Shown: positions 46,325-58,286 of the stretch, one piece after another
Position numbering within the stretch: position 1 is the first letter of the stretch
Layout of the letters: each line of letters starts with the position of its first letter
NCBI GenBank assembly: GCA_013239625.1
Contig: MU057073.1
Coordinates: forward strand, 1,101,426 to 1,165,425
Reading direction: 5' to 3'
DNA: 64,000 nucleotides
Source: Lama guanicoe
Lineage: Eukaryota
The notes under the pieces: generated by a model
Databases searched by the model: none
What the model was told of the DNA's origin: nothing
Seen by the model: only the letters and a program-made list of their open reading frames with translations
Made by a program: the position numbers and the translations under genes

Positions 46325-49169
46325 CGAGGAGCGGAGCGCGGGGAGCGGCGCCGAGCTCCTCCCGCCGCCGTCGCCGCCACCTCCCCCCCCCCGCGCTCAC
46401 TGGCCGCGCGCCCGACGCCGCCGCGCCCCGCACGACGCGCTCCGGCCCCGCCCGCCCGCGCAGACAGCGCCCCCTCTGCCCGCGTGGCGAGCCAGACTCC
46501 CGGACACGCGGACCTGAGGAGGAGGGGCGGGGGGCGAGGACCCCACCCGCCGTGGGGCGGAGGATGGGGGCCAGGACCTGACCTAGGTCCTCACCCGTCT
46601 GCCTCGCGCGCCTCCTACCGGGTGCTCCCTCCCGGAAGCACAGAGAGGGGGCTGCGACGCTGAGCGAGGTTCCGGGAAACCCCTGCAGATAGGGGACCTA
46701 TCGCAGCATCTCCCCATCCAATCCGTCCTGGGGACTCTTGCGCCTTGGGGTCCCAGTCCCTGGAGAAGTATAGGCAGCCCAGTGACCTTGCGCTGCCCGC
46801 TCTGCTCATGCTCAGAGAGCCCCTGTCTGTAGCGCCTCCTTGGAAGCACCCCATCCCACACCCAGGCCTCGGCCTATCAACTCCCAGGGCCCACCCACCG
46901 GGACCCCAGAGCGCCTCCACTCAGGACCCGGATTCCACCGCCACCTGCAACCTTCTCTGCCTCTGACCCAGACCCCTCTAGCCGCTCCTGGAACTCCCTG
47001 CGGGCAGGAGGATCCCTGCTGTTCTCCAGACACGACCAAATTTCAGTGTCTGTGGCGCGGCGTTTGAGGAGGAGGGAGTGGGCTCTATCTGTATACAAAC
47101 TCAGGCCTGGGCACCGCGCTCCTACTCGGCGCAGCCCCAGTCTTGCAGCCTAGCGGGCACCCTTTGGAGGCGCAGGCCCCGAGGTTGCACGACTGCCTGG
47201 GAAGGGTGGAGCCCAGAGACAGGATAGCCTAAATAGCCTAGGCCCAGGGGGAGGTCTTTGGTAATTAGGGGGGTGTATTAGGGACCACTGTGGGGGTGAG
47301 GGAGGACCTTGAACAGCACCTGGAAAGTAAGCAAGCAAAGAAGGAAGACTGAAGCAGCGAGGACCTGGAGGTCACAGCGCTGGGCCCCTTCAGAGGTGCA
47401 GGCGCGCAGTTGCTATAACATCACAGCTGGGCTGGAGTCTAGGGCAGGACCAGCTCAGCAGGCCCCTCTGCCCCCTGGGAAGGACCATGGAATCTCCCTA
47501 CGCCCCACTCTTACGTGGGGTGGGTGACCCTCCTGCTCCCCAGGGTTCCTCCCCGGCACTCCAAGTGGCAGCTGGAAGACATTGTCTCCTCCTGCTTGCA
47601 CCCAACGGGCTCATCATAAACACCTTACCTGCAGGCCACAGGGCTGCCCATTCCCACCACTCTGCCCCACCCAGAACTTCCGATCAAGAGGGACACCCTG
47701 GGAGGAGCTTCCTGCTTCCCTGTCCCCACATTCACCGCTGGCCTGGGTCAGCGATAAGGGCAAGCCATAAGGCGGGGTCAGAGTGCCCCCGCTGCACCCC
47801 CCAGACCCCTTCTCTGGGCTCCAGGAAGCCACATTGGGAACGCCCGGCTCTCCTCCCTCCCCCATGGGCAGGCACTGGGGTGACTGTCCTGTCCCCCACC
47901 TCCTCCAAGACTCTGAGCCTGGGCAGGGGGGGCTCCCTCCAGTGGAGGAGGTCGCCGCCATCTCAGTGGATTGATTAAAGTCATCGTGCTTTTTTTTAAC
48001 ATTTAATTTACCAAGCATGCCACGGCCAGTCAGAGCTGTCCCTGGGGAAATCTAGGCCAAGGGAGCAAAACAGAAAAACCCCGGCAATTGAGCAGGGCTG
48101 CGACAGGATTAATTGCTGGACTCAGCTTCCAATCAGACCCCATGTGGCCATATTTCAGGAAGGTAGGAGGACCCCCGGTGGAGTGGTCAGATTCCTGCAT
48201 GAGGCATGGGGAGCCCTGAGCCCCCATAACACCTCTCACCCTGACCCACTGGGGACATGGGAACATCCCCCCCCAGCTCCATATGCAGCCCACCTACAGC
48301 CAGGAAGGGGCCAAATCCTGTCAGCCAGCAATTTGAGACCTGAGAAGGCACCCTGACGTGCTCCCATGGTGCACTTTGGGGGAAATGAATACCTTGCAGC
48401 AGTCTCTGTGGTGATGGGAAACTGGAGCAGCAGGGAAATGAACAGCAAACCCTAACACCCGATCCTTGGCAACCGTGGACACAGGTGAAAAGCCAGGGCT
48501 CCTGGGAAGATACCCAGACACAGTGTGCAGCACGGTCAGGTTTGCATTTCTAAAGAACATTTATGCCCGTAAAGCCTGGATCTTTCCTGGGAGAGATGCA
48601 ACAGACAGGTAAGAGTTGTTATTTCTGGGGAGAGGAGAGAGTGGGTCCACTCTCTACCCCTCCATGTGGTTTTCACTTTTGCAGGGTTTTTAACCCCGAG
48701 TTTTCACATTTCATAAAGACATCAGGAAGGGTTGGAATGCCTAAGTTGCCAGGGGTGAAATGTTCAAACTAGGACCACACTCAGCATGGAGCAGACCCTC
48801 CCTCCCCATCATGGGTGGAATGGGGGAGAGAAAGAAACATTACCCCTTCACCTTAAGGGGACTTGGGACCCTCCCAACTTCCCCAAGTGAGGTCAGCTCA
48901 CCAAGCTTCTCGCTCAGCACCCCTCCAGGAGTCAGGGCTCATGTCTGGGGTGGAAGAAGGACGCTTTAGGAGGGAAGCCAGTGATGCCAGCCCAGCCATG
49001 TCCACGAGGAAAGCCCACCTCGGCTGAGGGCAGGGTCTCCTGGCCAGGCCACACCCCTCCTCCTCCTTACTTCTGAGAGCAGGTTTCAAGTGGAGAAAAT
49101 ATCGTAGTTAAGACAGTTCTCCCTCCTAGAGGGGCTGAGTGCTGGGGGAGGGCAGGTCCTATCTGTTGG

Positions 49170-49370
49170 GTTAGCAAACACTGGCATTTACCAGGGACAG
49201 GCTCTGCTTCTCCCACGCAAATATTTACTCCCTTAATTCTCACAACAACTCTAGGAGGCGGTGTGATTGTGATCCCCATCATACAGGTGAGGAAATGGTC
49301 CAGAATGGTGAAGTAACTTGCCAGAATTCTTCCCAGGCAGTCTGGATCAAGAGTCTGGCTAGTAACCCCT
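49170..49370 (-). mobile_element. MIR SINE
   Basis: MIR core-like ctcacaacaactctaggagg...atccccatcatacaggtgaggaaa...gaagtaacttgcc. Confidence 0.75.
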
Positions 49371-49682
49371 TCGCCCGCAGAGCCTGGCCTCAGTAGTGCA
49401 GCGGAGCTGGCGGGATGGGGCCTTGACCTGGGGTGCTCCCGGCCTGGGGTCAGAAGCAGGAGCAGAGGGTGATCAGCTCCTCCCACCCCCACAGTGGGCA
49501 GCAGGGTAAGAGTTTGTCAAGTAGAGAGAGGGAGAGAGGCCATCAGGGCCAGGGTAGAACAGAGACCCTCACTTGTCACTTGGCTAGCCCCTCCTGCCCT
49601 CTGCCCGGCACCCTCGCCCAGCACCCCACACTGGGAGGAGCCCCAAGGCCGGGAGCAAAGGGACCACCTCTGGCACCGTGGC

Positions 49683-49703
49683 TTCAGCACCTCGGCCAGC
49701 GCC
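49683..49703 (+). promoter_or_regulatory. RE1/NRSE (REST binding) motif
   Basis: TTCAGCACCTCGGCCAGCGCC versus consensus TTCAGCACCACGGACAGCGCC, 19/21 identical. Confidence 0.75.
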
Positions 49704-50940
49704 AGTGCCGGTAGAGGGGCTTCTGAAGGGCAAGGGCCTGCCTTTCTGCCCTTTCTTCAAGTCAGGTAAGGATGGGACAGTGGATGAGGGGGGATCCTGG
49801 GTGTTGGGTCATCGCTCACTTGCTCATTCATTCACTCAATTCAATCACCCTGGAGTCATCCTGGACTCCTGCTTGCTCTCACCGCCCTTGCGTCCTATCC
49901 ATCAAGATTCCCTGTTCCCGTTCCCTTAACGGTATGTCCAGCCAGGCCACTGTTCATAGCCTGTGCTGCCCACACCCATCTCGCCCATCATGTTTATGGA
50001 AGTAACCCCCAACTGGAGGCTCTGTGACCATTGCCACCCCTAGCGTCTGGTCTCAACAGGCAGCCAAATGCTCTTTGTTGACAATTCCTGTGTGAATTCC
50101 CATTGCAGAAGGGCTCCTACCCTCCATCTCCTGCCTGGACACAGCCATCCTGGCCCCAGCCCGGATGTCTGCTCTGGTCTCCTCACTGGCTCCTAACTGT
50201 CTCCTCCCTCCCACCCTATCCAGAGCATGGCTGACTTGACCAGACCCACCCAGCCCAGCCCTGTGTCAGCTGGGTGGACCAGCCTGAGGATGCTTCCTGG
50301 CCCAGATAGAAGAATTCCTGATCCATCTATGCCTTTCCAGCTCCTGAGAGGAAATGCACGTGGCACTGAGTGGCCTCCCCCAAACCCCATAACCAGTGCC
50401 CTCCCTGTGATGGGAGCACTCTGGCCCTCCAGCCCAACCTGCCTGAGTTCCCAGCCCTGGTAGAAATTCCAAGCCCTTCCGTGATGCCCCACTGAAAGTG
50501 GCAGTCCCTCAACCACTCTGCAAGGCCCCCACCTGAGTCTCCTCCTCTTTGGGCTCAGCTCCCGCTCCCACCCAAGGGGCCACCTGCCTTAACTTCATTT
50601 TCATCTTTGCCTTGACCTCTCCCTCATAGGCAGCCAACTCCAACTTCAGGTCACACTCGGATGCCACCTCTTCCAGGAAGGCAGGGTTAGTCCCCCAGTC
50701 CTGGTACTCCGCCACACCTGACACATTCCTGTACCTCCGAGCACAGGCATCATTGACTACCGGGTATCAGTGAATGTTTAAGGAAGACAGGCAGCCAGTC
50801 AGGAAGGTTGACACGTAGCAGGAACAGAGCCCTCCTCCCTGACTCCCTGGGTTGACAAGGTCAGACAGGAGGAACAAGGGCTATGGCTAGCCAATCCCCT
50901 GCGTCCACAGAGCCACATCTTGAATGGGGACACTCATTTG

Positions 50941-50959
50941 TGGCCACCAGATGGCGCAG
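50941..50959 (+). promoter_or_regulatory. CTCF motif
   Basis: TGGCCACCAGATGGCGCAG closely matches the CTCF core consensus. Confidence 0.65.
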
Positions 50960-52495
50960 CTTGGCCATAGTTTCTGCTAAAAGGAACACATGTAAGAGAT
51001 GAGCTGTCTGGTTTCCATCTCATGCAGATGGGGAAACTGAGGCCCCGACAGGGCAGGGACTTGCCCTAGGCCCCTGAGAGTAAGAGGTGCACAAAGAGGT
51101 CTTGCTAGCCCCGAGGGCTCCCCAGCATCCCCATCACGTGTATCCCCATGTTGCCCCATCCCACCCCTGACTTCTTGCTCCCTCTCCCCATCCCTCGAAG
51201 GCCTTGGCTCAGCCTCCAGCTTCAGGGCAGGCAATGACCGGGGTGACGGGACACATGGTGGGCAAGGCCAGAAATGGGGCCCTGAGGGGCCCGTCTGGGT
51301 GAATCTCCCACATGAAACGGCCCCCTGCACCTCTCCAAGGCAGTGGCAGATTCCAGCTCAGCCCTGGATCACAGGGACCAGGGCTGGACATGAAGATGGC
51401 CTTATGAACACAGGCTCCGTGTGTGTGGCAGGGCGGATACAGCTCACACACGTGTGTATAGCATGATGTGTCACACAGAGTGAAGACAGCACGAGTGAAT
51501 AAAGGTGGGGTGGTGGAGGGAGCCCGGGGTCCAGGCACAGCGCTGGCCACCTTGAGAGCAGCCGCACGCCTCCGGAGCGCCTCCCCTCAGCCCCACACTC
51601 CGCCTGGGCCTTGCTCTGGGCATTCCTCAGAGAGACAGGAGGCATGGAGCTCTATGAACTTAAGCAGAGCAGCAATTCAGATAACAGTATGTGAAGCACT
51701 GGGGAAATAAAACAATGATAACAGAAATAAAATTCAAAAGAAGGACTGAAAGATAAAGTCAAGGAAATATCCCAGAAAGTGGAGGGAAAAGAAAGAGAAA
51801 AATTAGAGCAGGGAGAAAGCAAAAGTGACAGGATTAGAGCAGGAAGTTCAATGAACAACAGCAGTTCCAGGAAAAAAGAACAGAGAAGGTGCAGCTAAGG
51901 AAGGAATGGGGAGGGGGGTATCCCAGAAGTAAGAGCTGGGGATTTAGTGCCTTCCACAGTGAAAGGAAGGACAGACGGGAGGAAGGAAGGGAGGGAGGGA
52001 GGGAAACACCCATGGCCACAGCAGCATCACTCACGGCAGCTAAAGGTGGAAGCAACTCAAGTGCTCATCGACAGATGGATGGACAAGCAAACTGCGGCCC
52101 ATTCACACAACGGAATATTGTCCAGCCTTAAAAAGGAAGGAAACTCTGACGCCTGCTACCCCACGGATGAACCCTGGAGACGTATAATCCGTGAAATGAG
52201 CAAGTCACAGAAGATGGAAGTACTTACTCCACTGACATGAGCTCGTTGGAGCAGACAAATTCCTAGAGACAGAAAGGACAACGGCGGGTGTTGGGGAGCG
52301 GGGCAGGTGGCGCTGTGTTTAATGCAGACAGAGTTTCAGGACTGCAAGACGGAAAAACGTTCTGGGAAAATGGTGCCGGGCACCACGACAGCAACAGAAC
52401 TCTGCAGTCTTCTGGGGTTTGTTTTCTATCTTTTTTTTAAGGGAGTGTGCCGCTGTCTCTGCAACTTTGTTCAGGCGCCGGCAGAGCCCGGGGGA

Positions 52496-52533
<38 letters not shown>
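52496..52533. repeat. (GCT)12-13 trinucleotide microsatellite
   Basis: Perfect GCT repeat, 38 bp. Confidence 0.95.
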
Positions 52534-52603
52534 ATGACATACTGCCGGCGGTGTCTTTATATAAGTAAAAGAAGTTTATCCATATAGACAGACAGATATA
52601 TGA

Positions 52604-52643
52604 TCTATCTATCTATATTATATATATATATATATACATACAT
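52604..52643. repeat. (TCTA)n/(TA)n microsatellite
   Basis: tctatctatctatattatatatatatatatatacatac. Confidence 0.85.
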
Positions 52644-55600
52644 AATTTAAACCTTTGGAAGCTTTGTGCTGTCAACTTTGGAAAAAATACCCCCGTTGTA
52701 CCATGTTGGGTGAGCAGTGTACAGAAATTAACAGCCATATTGGTCTAGACACATTAAGCAGGATTTTGTCCATTTGTACTGGGGTAATGCACTGTATTAA
52801 ATACGTAAGGTCTTATCTACATGGGTTTGATTACAGAAACTACTTAAGTATTTTCTAAACAATGAAAAAAATGTTCTGGAGATGGATGGTGGTGATGGTT
52901 GCACAACACTGTGAGTATAATTAACACCACAGAACTGTATCCTTTAAAAGGGTTGAAATATTACATCTTATGTATTGTATATTTTCCCATAATTAAAAAA
53001 AAATGTTTTCAACATGCTGGGAGTGGTGTGTGTTCCCAACAACAAAAAAGGAATAAGCCTCATCATTGGCAAGGCAAAGGGTAAAGCACTCACAAGGACT
53101 GCCTCATTTTGGGGGAAATAGAATACAACAGAATAAATGTTGAGCTGGTCCAGCCTAACAAGGCTACAAGCAATCCTCAGAAGGATCATGTGCTCTGTAA
53201 GTAGCTCCACCGTTCCTAGAACAAGGCTTACAACATCGGTAAGATACGAAATTACCCAGCACCCAAGAACGTGAAAGCCACAATGTTTGGCAGCCAATCG
53301 AAAATTACCAGGCACCCAAAGAAACAGAAAACTACATAACGAGGAGAAAAAGCAACCAATAGAAACAGACCCAGAAATGATGCAGATGATAAAATTAGTT
53401 GACAAGCACATGAACGTGATTGTTTCAAGTATATTTCAGCATATTCAAGAAGGTCTAGGAAATTGAATCACTGTGCTGTACACCAGAAACTAACAACATT
53501 GTAAATAAAAATGTCTTTTAAATCTAAAGATGCTCAAATACATTAAGCAGAGATATGGACACTATAAAACAGACCCGATCAAACTTCCATAGATGGAAGA
53601 TCTGCCCAGGATGACAATTACATTGACAGAATTCGTAGCAAATTAGACCCTGCAGAAGAGGCAAGTCTTTAGCTAGAAACAGACACTTTCCAAAATGAAA
53701 CAGAGGAAACAGGTCAGCAAACCACAAACAGAGCTCCAGGGAGCTTGGGGTCAACCTCAGATGGCCTAGTAGACACCACCTTCGGAAGCCGGAGAAGCAG
53801 AACAAACAAAACCTAAAGCAAACAGAAGAGAAACAACAGAGGTAAGAGGAGCAACAATGACACAGGAAAGAGTAGAGCATCAGGGACATTCAGGAGACCA
53901 CAGGCTGGCTCTCGCAGAAGATCGGCAACAACGTCAATCTCTAGTCAGGCTCAGGAAACAGAAACCATCAACATTAAGAATGGGAGGTAGGACAGACTCA
54001 CAGACACAGTCAACAAACTCATGGTTACCAGCAGGGGAAGGGGGTGGGAAGGGACAAACTGGGAGTTCCAGGTTTGAGCATACTGACTACTGTATAGAAA
54101 ATAGGTAAACGACAAGTTTCTACTGTACAGCTCAGGGAACTATATTCAGTACCTTGCGGAAACCTATACTGAAACAGAATATGCAAACCAATACATGTTT
54201 TAAAAAAGTGGGAAGTGGGACACTGCTCTAGTTTCTACAGACACTAAAAGGATAACAATGGAGTGTTACGCATAACTTCATACCAACAAATCTGACAACT
54301 TAGGTTAAATAAACAAATTCCTTGAGAGACACAAACGGATAAAAGTCACCTGGGAAGAAATAGGTAACTTGAACAGTCCTATATCCGTGAAAGAGCATGC
54401 AGCTGAAAACCTCCCAACAAAGAAGACTTTGGGGGTGGGGAGGGCGGGGCTGGGGGAAGGGTGGAAGAAATCACGAAGAGCCAGGTCCGCCCTGTTGGCT
54501 GGTGGATTTACTTGGTACCTTGAGCACGGTGATGGTTTCACAGATGTATGTGTACGTCGAAAGTCATCAGAGTGTACACTGTAGATAAACTTTGAACAAC
54601 TTACAGTATGTTCATTATACCTCTATAAACTGAAACAAATAAAGAAATAAGGAGAAGGGTGGTCCCTAGCAAACAGAGGGCTCAAGGGAAGCCTGCTGGG
54701 ACACACGCCCTCCCGTCAGGGTCCCCACGGCCTCTAAGAGCCACAGCAGGTGTTCAGAGATCCAGTCCCAGCCGGCCCCGGAGCCCTCGGAGCGGACAGA
54801 CCTGTTCTCCTACACGGGTCCCCAAGTCACCGAGAGTGTGAAGAGCATAGGGAACTGTCATCTGTCCCTCCTTTTCTCTGTGATGATTCTCAACTGCAGA
54901 AGCACTTGGAATTAGACTCGCGGTAGCCTGGTGAGAGCCCTCAGCGGGGACTTGGGCAGGGGTGCTGGGGATGGAGGGTCTGTTCTGGGCTCATGCTCCC
55001 CTGCGGATCGGAGGCTCAGGACATCGCCAAAAGCCACAGGTGCAGGGGTCTGTTTTCCCTCTCTTCCTCTAATTCCTTCTTCTTGCTGGGGTCTACTACG
55101 GAAGACACTAACAGCTTTCAGCCTCAGGCCCCAATCAGAGCCACTCAGGAACTCAGCAGAGGGGCAGACTCCCTGCCCATCCTGCGCCACGAAGCCTGGG
55201 CCTCAGTGATCTTCACTGACTCAGAACGCTGCTTTAGTTACTTTAATAGAGACCAAAATAACAGTGGCTTTAAACAGACAGAAGGTTCATTTCTCTTGTG
55301 GAAAAGACAAGCTGGTAAATGGTCCAAGGAGCTAGGGTGGCAGGACCCGCTAGCTGATCCAGGTAAGGTAAAACCAGCTGTCCCAGTCTGCCCAGGACAG
55401 AGAGGGTTCCCAGGACACAAGCCTTCTGGTGTGAAAACTGGGAAGTCCCAGGAAAACCTCAATGAGCTGGTCAGCCTCATCTAGGGATGTTCTGCCATGC
55501 CCGGGTGGCCCTCTATCTGCTTGGGCAGGCTGGGCTCAGCACCATGGTGGCCCGGTTCCACCCAGAAAGGGGACAGAGGACTAGGGGCCAGTGAGAAGTT

Positions 55601-55959
55601 GAAGCCACCTCTTCCATTCACCTCACAATGGCCAGAGCCCCACAGAAGCAGCCGAGGGGGCCACGGCCCAGCTGACACTATGGACCTTCAAGAGAAGGGA
55701 TACTGGGACACTCACTGAGCCAGCAGAGGGGAGAGGTGGGGGAGGTGGGGAGGGGGCAGTGCGTGTCAGGAAAGACACCCAAAAGTAGGAGCTGTCTGTC
55801 CTTCAGGAAGCCCCAGGGACTGGGGGAGCCTGCAGTGAGACCCCACTCCATTGCTACCTGGGGTTTCCCCCCACCAGCCTCCCCACAAGGTATGACAGGG
55901 TCCCTGGACAAGCTCCACCTCTGCTCCACGTCAGCGCTCCGGGAGTTTGGCTGCATCGT

Positions 55960-56110
55960 CTCCATGGCCCCTCCAGTGAACCCCATGAGGTGGGCATCAC
56001 ATCCCTCTTTGTAAGAGGGAGAAATCTGCTCTGAGAGGAAGAGGGACTTGCTAAGATCACTTGCTTTTGGGCAGCAGAGCTGAGAATTGTAGTCATGGCT
56101 GACTCAGTCT
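55960..56110 (-). mobile_element. MIR SINE fragment
   Basis: aaccccatgaggtgggca...ctctgagagg...gggacttgctaagatcac. Confidence 0.5.
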
Positions 56111-56641
56111 GTGCCAGAAATGGGGGTGGGGGTGTGGCCGAGGACGGTCCTCCAACACTTCAGCCCCTAAGCTCTCCAACCTTGCCCCCGACCAATGACT
56201 AGAGCCTGACCAGGCTGGGCATGGTAGCAGCCAACCAGGGGCCCAGTACGGGGGGAGGCTGGAAGCAGGCTGGAGCTGCCTGAAACTGGGGCCCTGGGGA
56301 CCAAGTCCTTTCCCCAGCCTGGCTCCTCGAGGCAGTAGTAGCTCAAAGCAGAAAGGAGGGTGTGTGGCCCAGGGGTCTGGTTCAAGGAGGTGGGAGGTTT
56401 GCTGGATCCTGGAGGCATCCCTTCATCAGCTAAGAGAAGGCTGGTTGCAGGGACCGGGGGCTCGCTGGGAGACCACAGTGCCAAAGGCAAGGCTGAGGCT
56501 GGAAGCCAGGTCCAGGGTGAGGACCTGGTCATCCCTCCCATAACCACCCTCATTTCTGTCCCTCTGGGGTGGGAAGGAAGGGTGAGGTCTGGAAGAGAAA
56601 GGACAGCTCCTCCAGGACACGGTAATGCTTTAGAACATACG

Positions 56642-56647
56642 TTTATT
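56642..56647 (-). terminator. Candidate polyadenylation signal of pri-miR-203
   Basis: First minus-strand AATAAA I found downstream of the hairpin, in an AT-rich patch with upstream TGTA motifs. Confidence 0.45.
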
Positions 56648-57711
56648 TTCATCAATCTGTAGTACATATGTTCGCTTCTTACAAAATGATGCTAAGCTGC
56701 AGACTAGGGAACACCCTGTGATTCCTCACCTGAGCCCCAGCAGGGGAGCCCCTCTCACTGAGCTGTGGGAGGGAGGGTGGGGCAGATATCACAGGGAGGA
56801 CACGCTGCACGATGAAATCACCACCCAGAGGCACTGGGTGCAGGGGCAGCATAGCCAAGACCCTCCGGGGCCCTCGCAGCACCACGGGCCTGGCCTGGCA
56901 CTGTGTCCCACCGAGAGATGGCTGTAGTGGAGTCTGCTGGGACACCCCACCACACACCAGCACATTCACAGGCAGGTGACTGGCCCAAGGCCACTCAGCC
57001 GGTCCATGCACTGATGGACCTCAAACCCAGGTGGGTCTGACCCACCAGCTCCCCCAAACGCTGAGCCAAGGAGGAAGGGACCTTTCCTCCCCAGAGGGTG
57101 TGGCCAAGCCAGCGGGCCAGGCGGGCTCCGGGACAGGTTAGTCTCATCCCGCAGGCAGAAGTGACCTCGCCCCTGGCGGGAGGTGGGAGTGGAATGACAC
57201 TTGGCTGAGCCCCTCCCAGAGCCAGCTCCTCCCAGGGATTACGCCAGGCTCTCGCCGCTCCCACAAGACCTCTGGGGCCGGGGCGCAAGATCCACTTCAG
57301 CAGGGAGCCGTAGGCGGCAGGAGTGACAGCCTGCGGGCCTGTCCCCCTCCCTGGGGCGTGGTCTCCCAGTTTCCTCCCCACCCTCAGTTTCTGTCCCTCG
57401 GGGTCCTCCATTCATTCCGCGCTCGCCCTGCCCGGGCCCTCTGAAGTGAAGGCTCAGACGGCACGACTCCCAGCTCTCTCCCAGCGAGCCCGCGACGGAC
57501 TACGGCTCTGGGGGACGCGGTGGCCGCATCCCCAGCTCCCAGGAAGCCGGGAAACAGGAGCGCTCCTTCACCCCACGGGGCCCACCCCTAGGTCCCGGCT
57601 GGGAATTCGGTGCAGTTTCGAGAAGGGTGGGGACCCTCAAGGCCCAAGAGGGCGGTGGCGGCGTCTCCAGGCCGGCAACGCGCCAGGAGCGTGGGCCTGG
57701 CGCGCCCGAAC

Positions 57712-57780
57712 CCCAGCCGTTCCCAGCCGTCGCCAGCAGTCCCCAGCGGTCCCCAGCCGTTCCCAGCGGTTCCCAGCGCT
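57712..57780. repeat. 10-bp tandem repeat (CCCAGCSGTY), about 7 copies
   Basis: cccagccgtt cccagccgtc gccagcagtc cccagcggtc cccagccgtt cccagcggtt cccagcgct. Confidence 0.9.
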
Positions 57781-57961
57781 CGGCGCCACCACGCCCGGCC
57801 GCTTCCGGCTGTGCCCGGCCCCGAGGTCTGCCGGCGCGGTGCGCAGGTCTCAGGCCGGCCTGGGGCGCGCGGAGCCGGGTCCGCGAGCTCCTTCCCGACG
57901 GCTCCGGTGCACGTCTGCCCCCGCCCCTGCTCCCGGGCCGCGCGGGGGCCGCCCCGTCGTG

Positions 57962-58070
57962 TCGCCGCCGTCGCCGGGCCCGCCGGGTCTAGTGGTCCTA
58001 AACATTTCACAATTGCGCTACAGAACTGTTGAACTGTTAAGAACCACTGCACCCAGCGCGCCAGTCCGGG
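57962..58070 (-). ncRNA. MIR203A: microRNA-203 precursor; mature 3p GUGAAAUGUUUAGGACCACUAG at 57989-58010, 5p arm at 58024-58048
   Basis: Exact match to the recalled mature miR-203-3p; the hairpin pairs; CNNC motif (CGAC) 16-19 nt downstream of the 3p end; syntenic between ASPG and KIF26A. Confidence 0.98.
57976..58061 (+). ncRNA. MIR203B: Antisense hairpin equivalent to MIR203B
   Basis: Reverse-strand hairpin corresponding to the annotated human mir-203b; expression in this species cannot be shown from sequence. Confidence 0.5.
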
Positions 58071-58194
58071 CCCGCCGCGCTGTGGGGAGAAGAGCCCTTC
58101 CGCCCCGCGCCCTGCTGGCCGTCCTCCCCGGCGCCCCCGGCGCCCCGACGCCCCGACGCCGCGACGCCGGGCGCAGGGGCAGCGCGGCCGCCGA

Positions 58195-58286
58195 NNNNNN
58201 NNNNNNNNNNNNNNNNNNNNNNNNNNNNNNNNNNNNNNNNNNNNNNNNNNNNNNNNNNNNNNNNNNNNNNNNNNNNNNNNNNNNNN
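58195..58286. other. Assembly gap (92 N) in the MIR203 CpG island
   Basis: N run. Confidence 1.

Larger units (their letters stand above)
45000..46700. promoter_or_regulatory. CpG island / distal promoter around the alternative first exon
   Basis: Very high CpG density at 46030-46620, with GC boxes. Confidence 0.75.
52366..52866 (+). pseudogene. Retroposed mRNA 3'UTR fragment inserted in an L1 3' end
   Basis: Flanked by TSD AAAAA(C/T)GTTCTGG (52353-52365 / 52867-52879); non-L1, UTR-like content ending in a short A tract. Confidence 0.6.
51640..54660 (+). mobile_element. Cluster of nested, degenerate LINE-1 fragments (L1M-type 3' end at about 52010-53000; 5'/ORF1/ORF2 remnants; younger L1 3' UTR pieces at about 53460-53510 and 53990-54200)
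   Basis: A-rich + strand with recognisable L1 3' motifs (ggatggtggtgatggttgcacaac, agggaactatattcagtacct, gctgtacaccagaaactaac). Boundaries are approximate. Confidence 0.85.

Noticed and set aside
52307-52540. Poly-Ala / poly-Ser ORFs
   Set aside because: They are translations of the (GCT)n microsatellite inside repeat-derived DNA.
57712-57780. CRISPR-like or other prokaryotic repeat system
   Set aside because: Simple spacerless tandem repeat in mammalian DNA; no cas genes or operon structure in the window.
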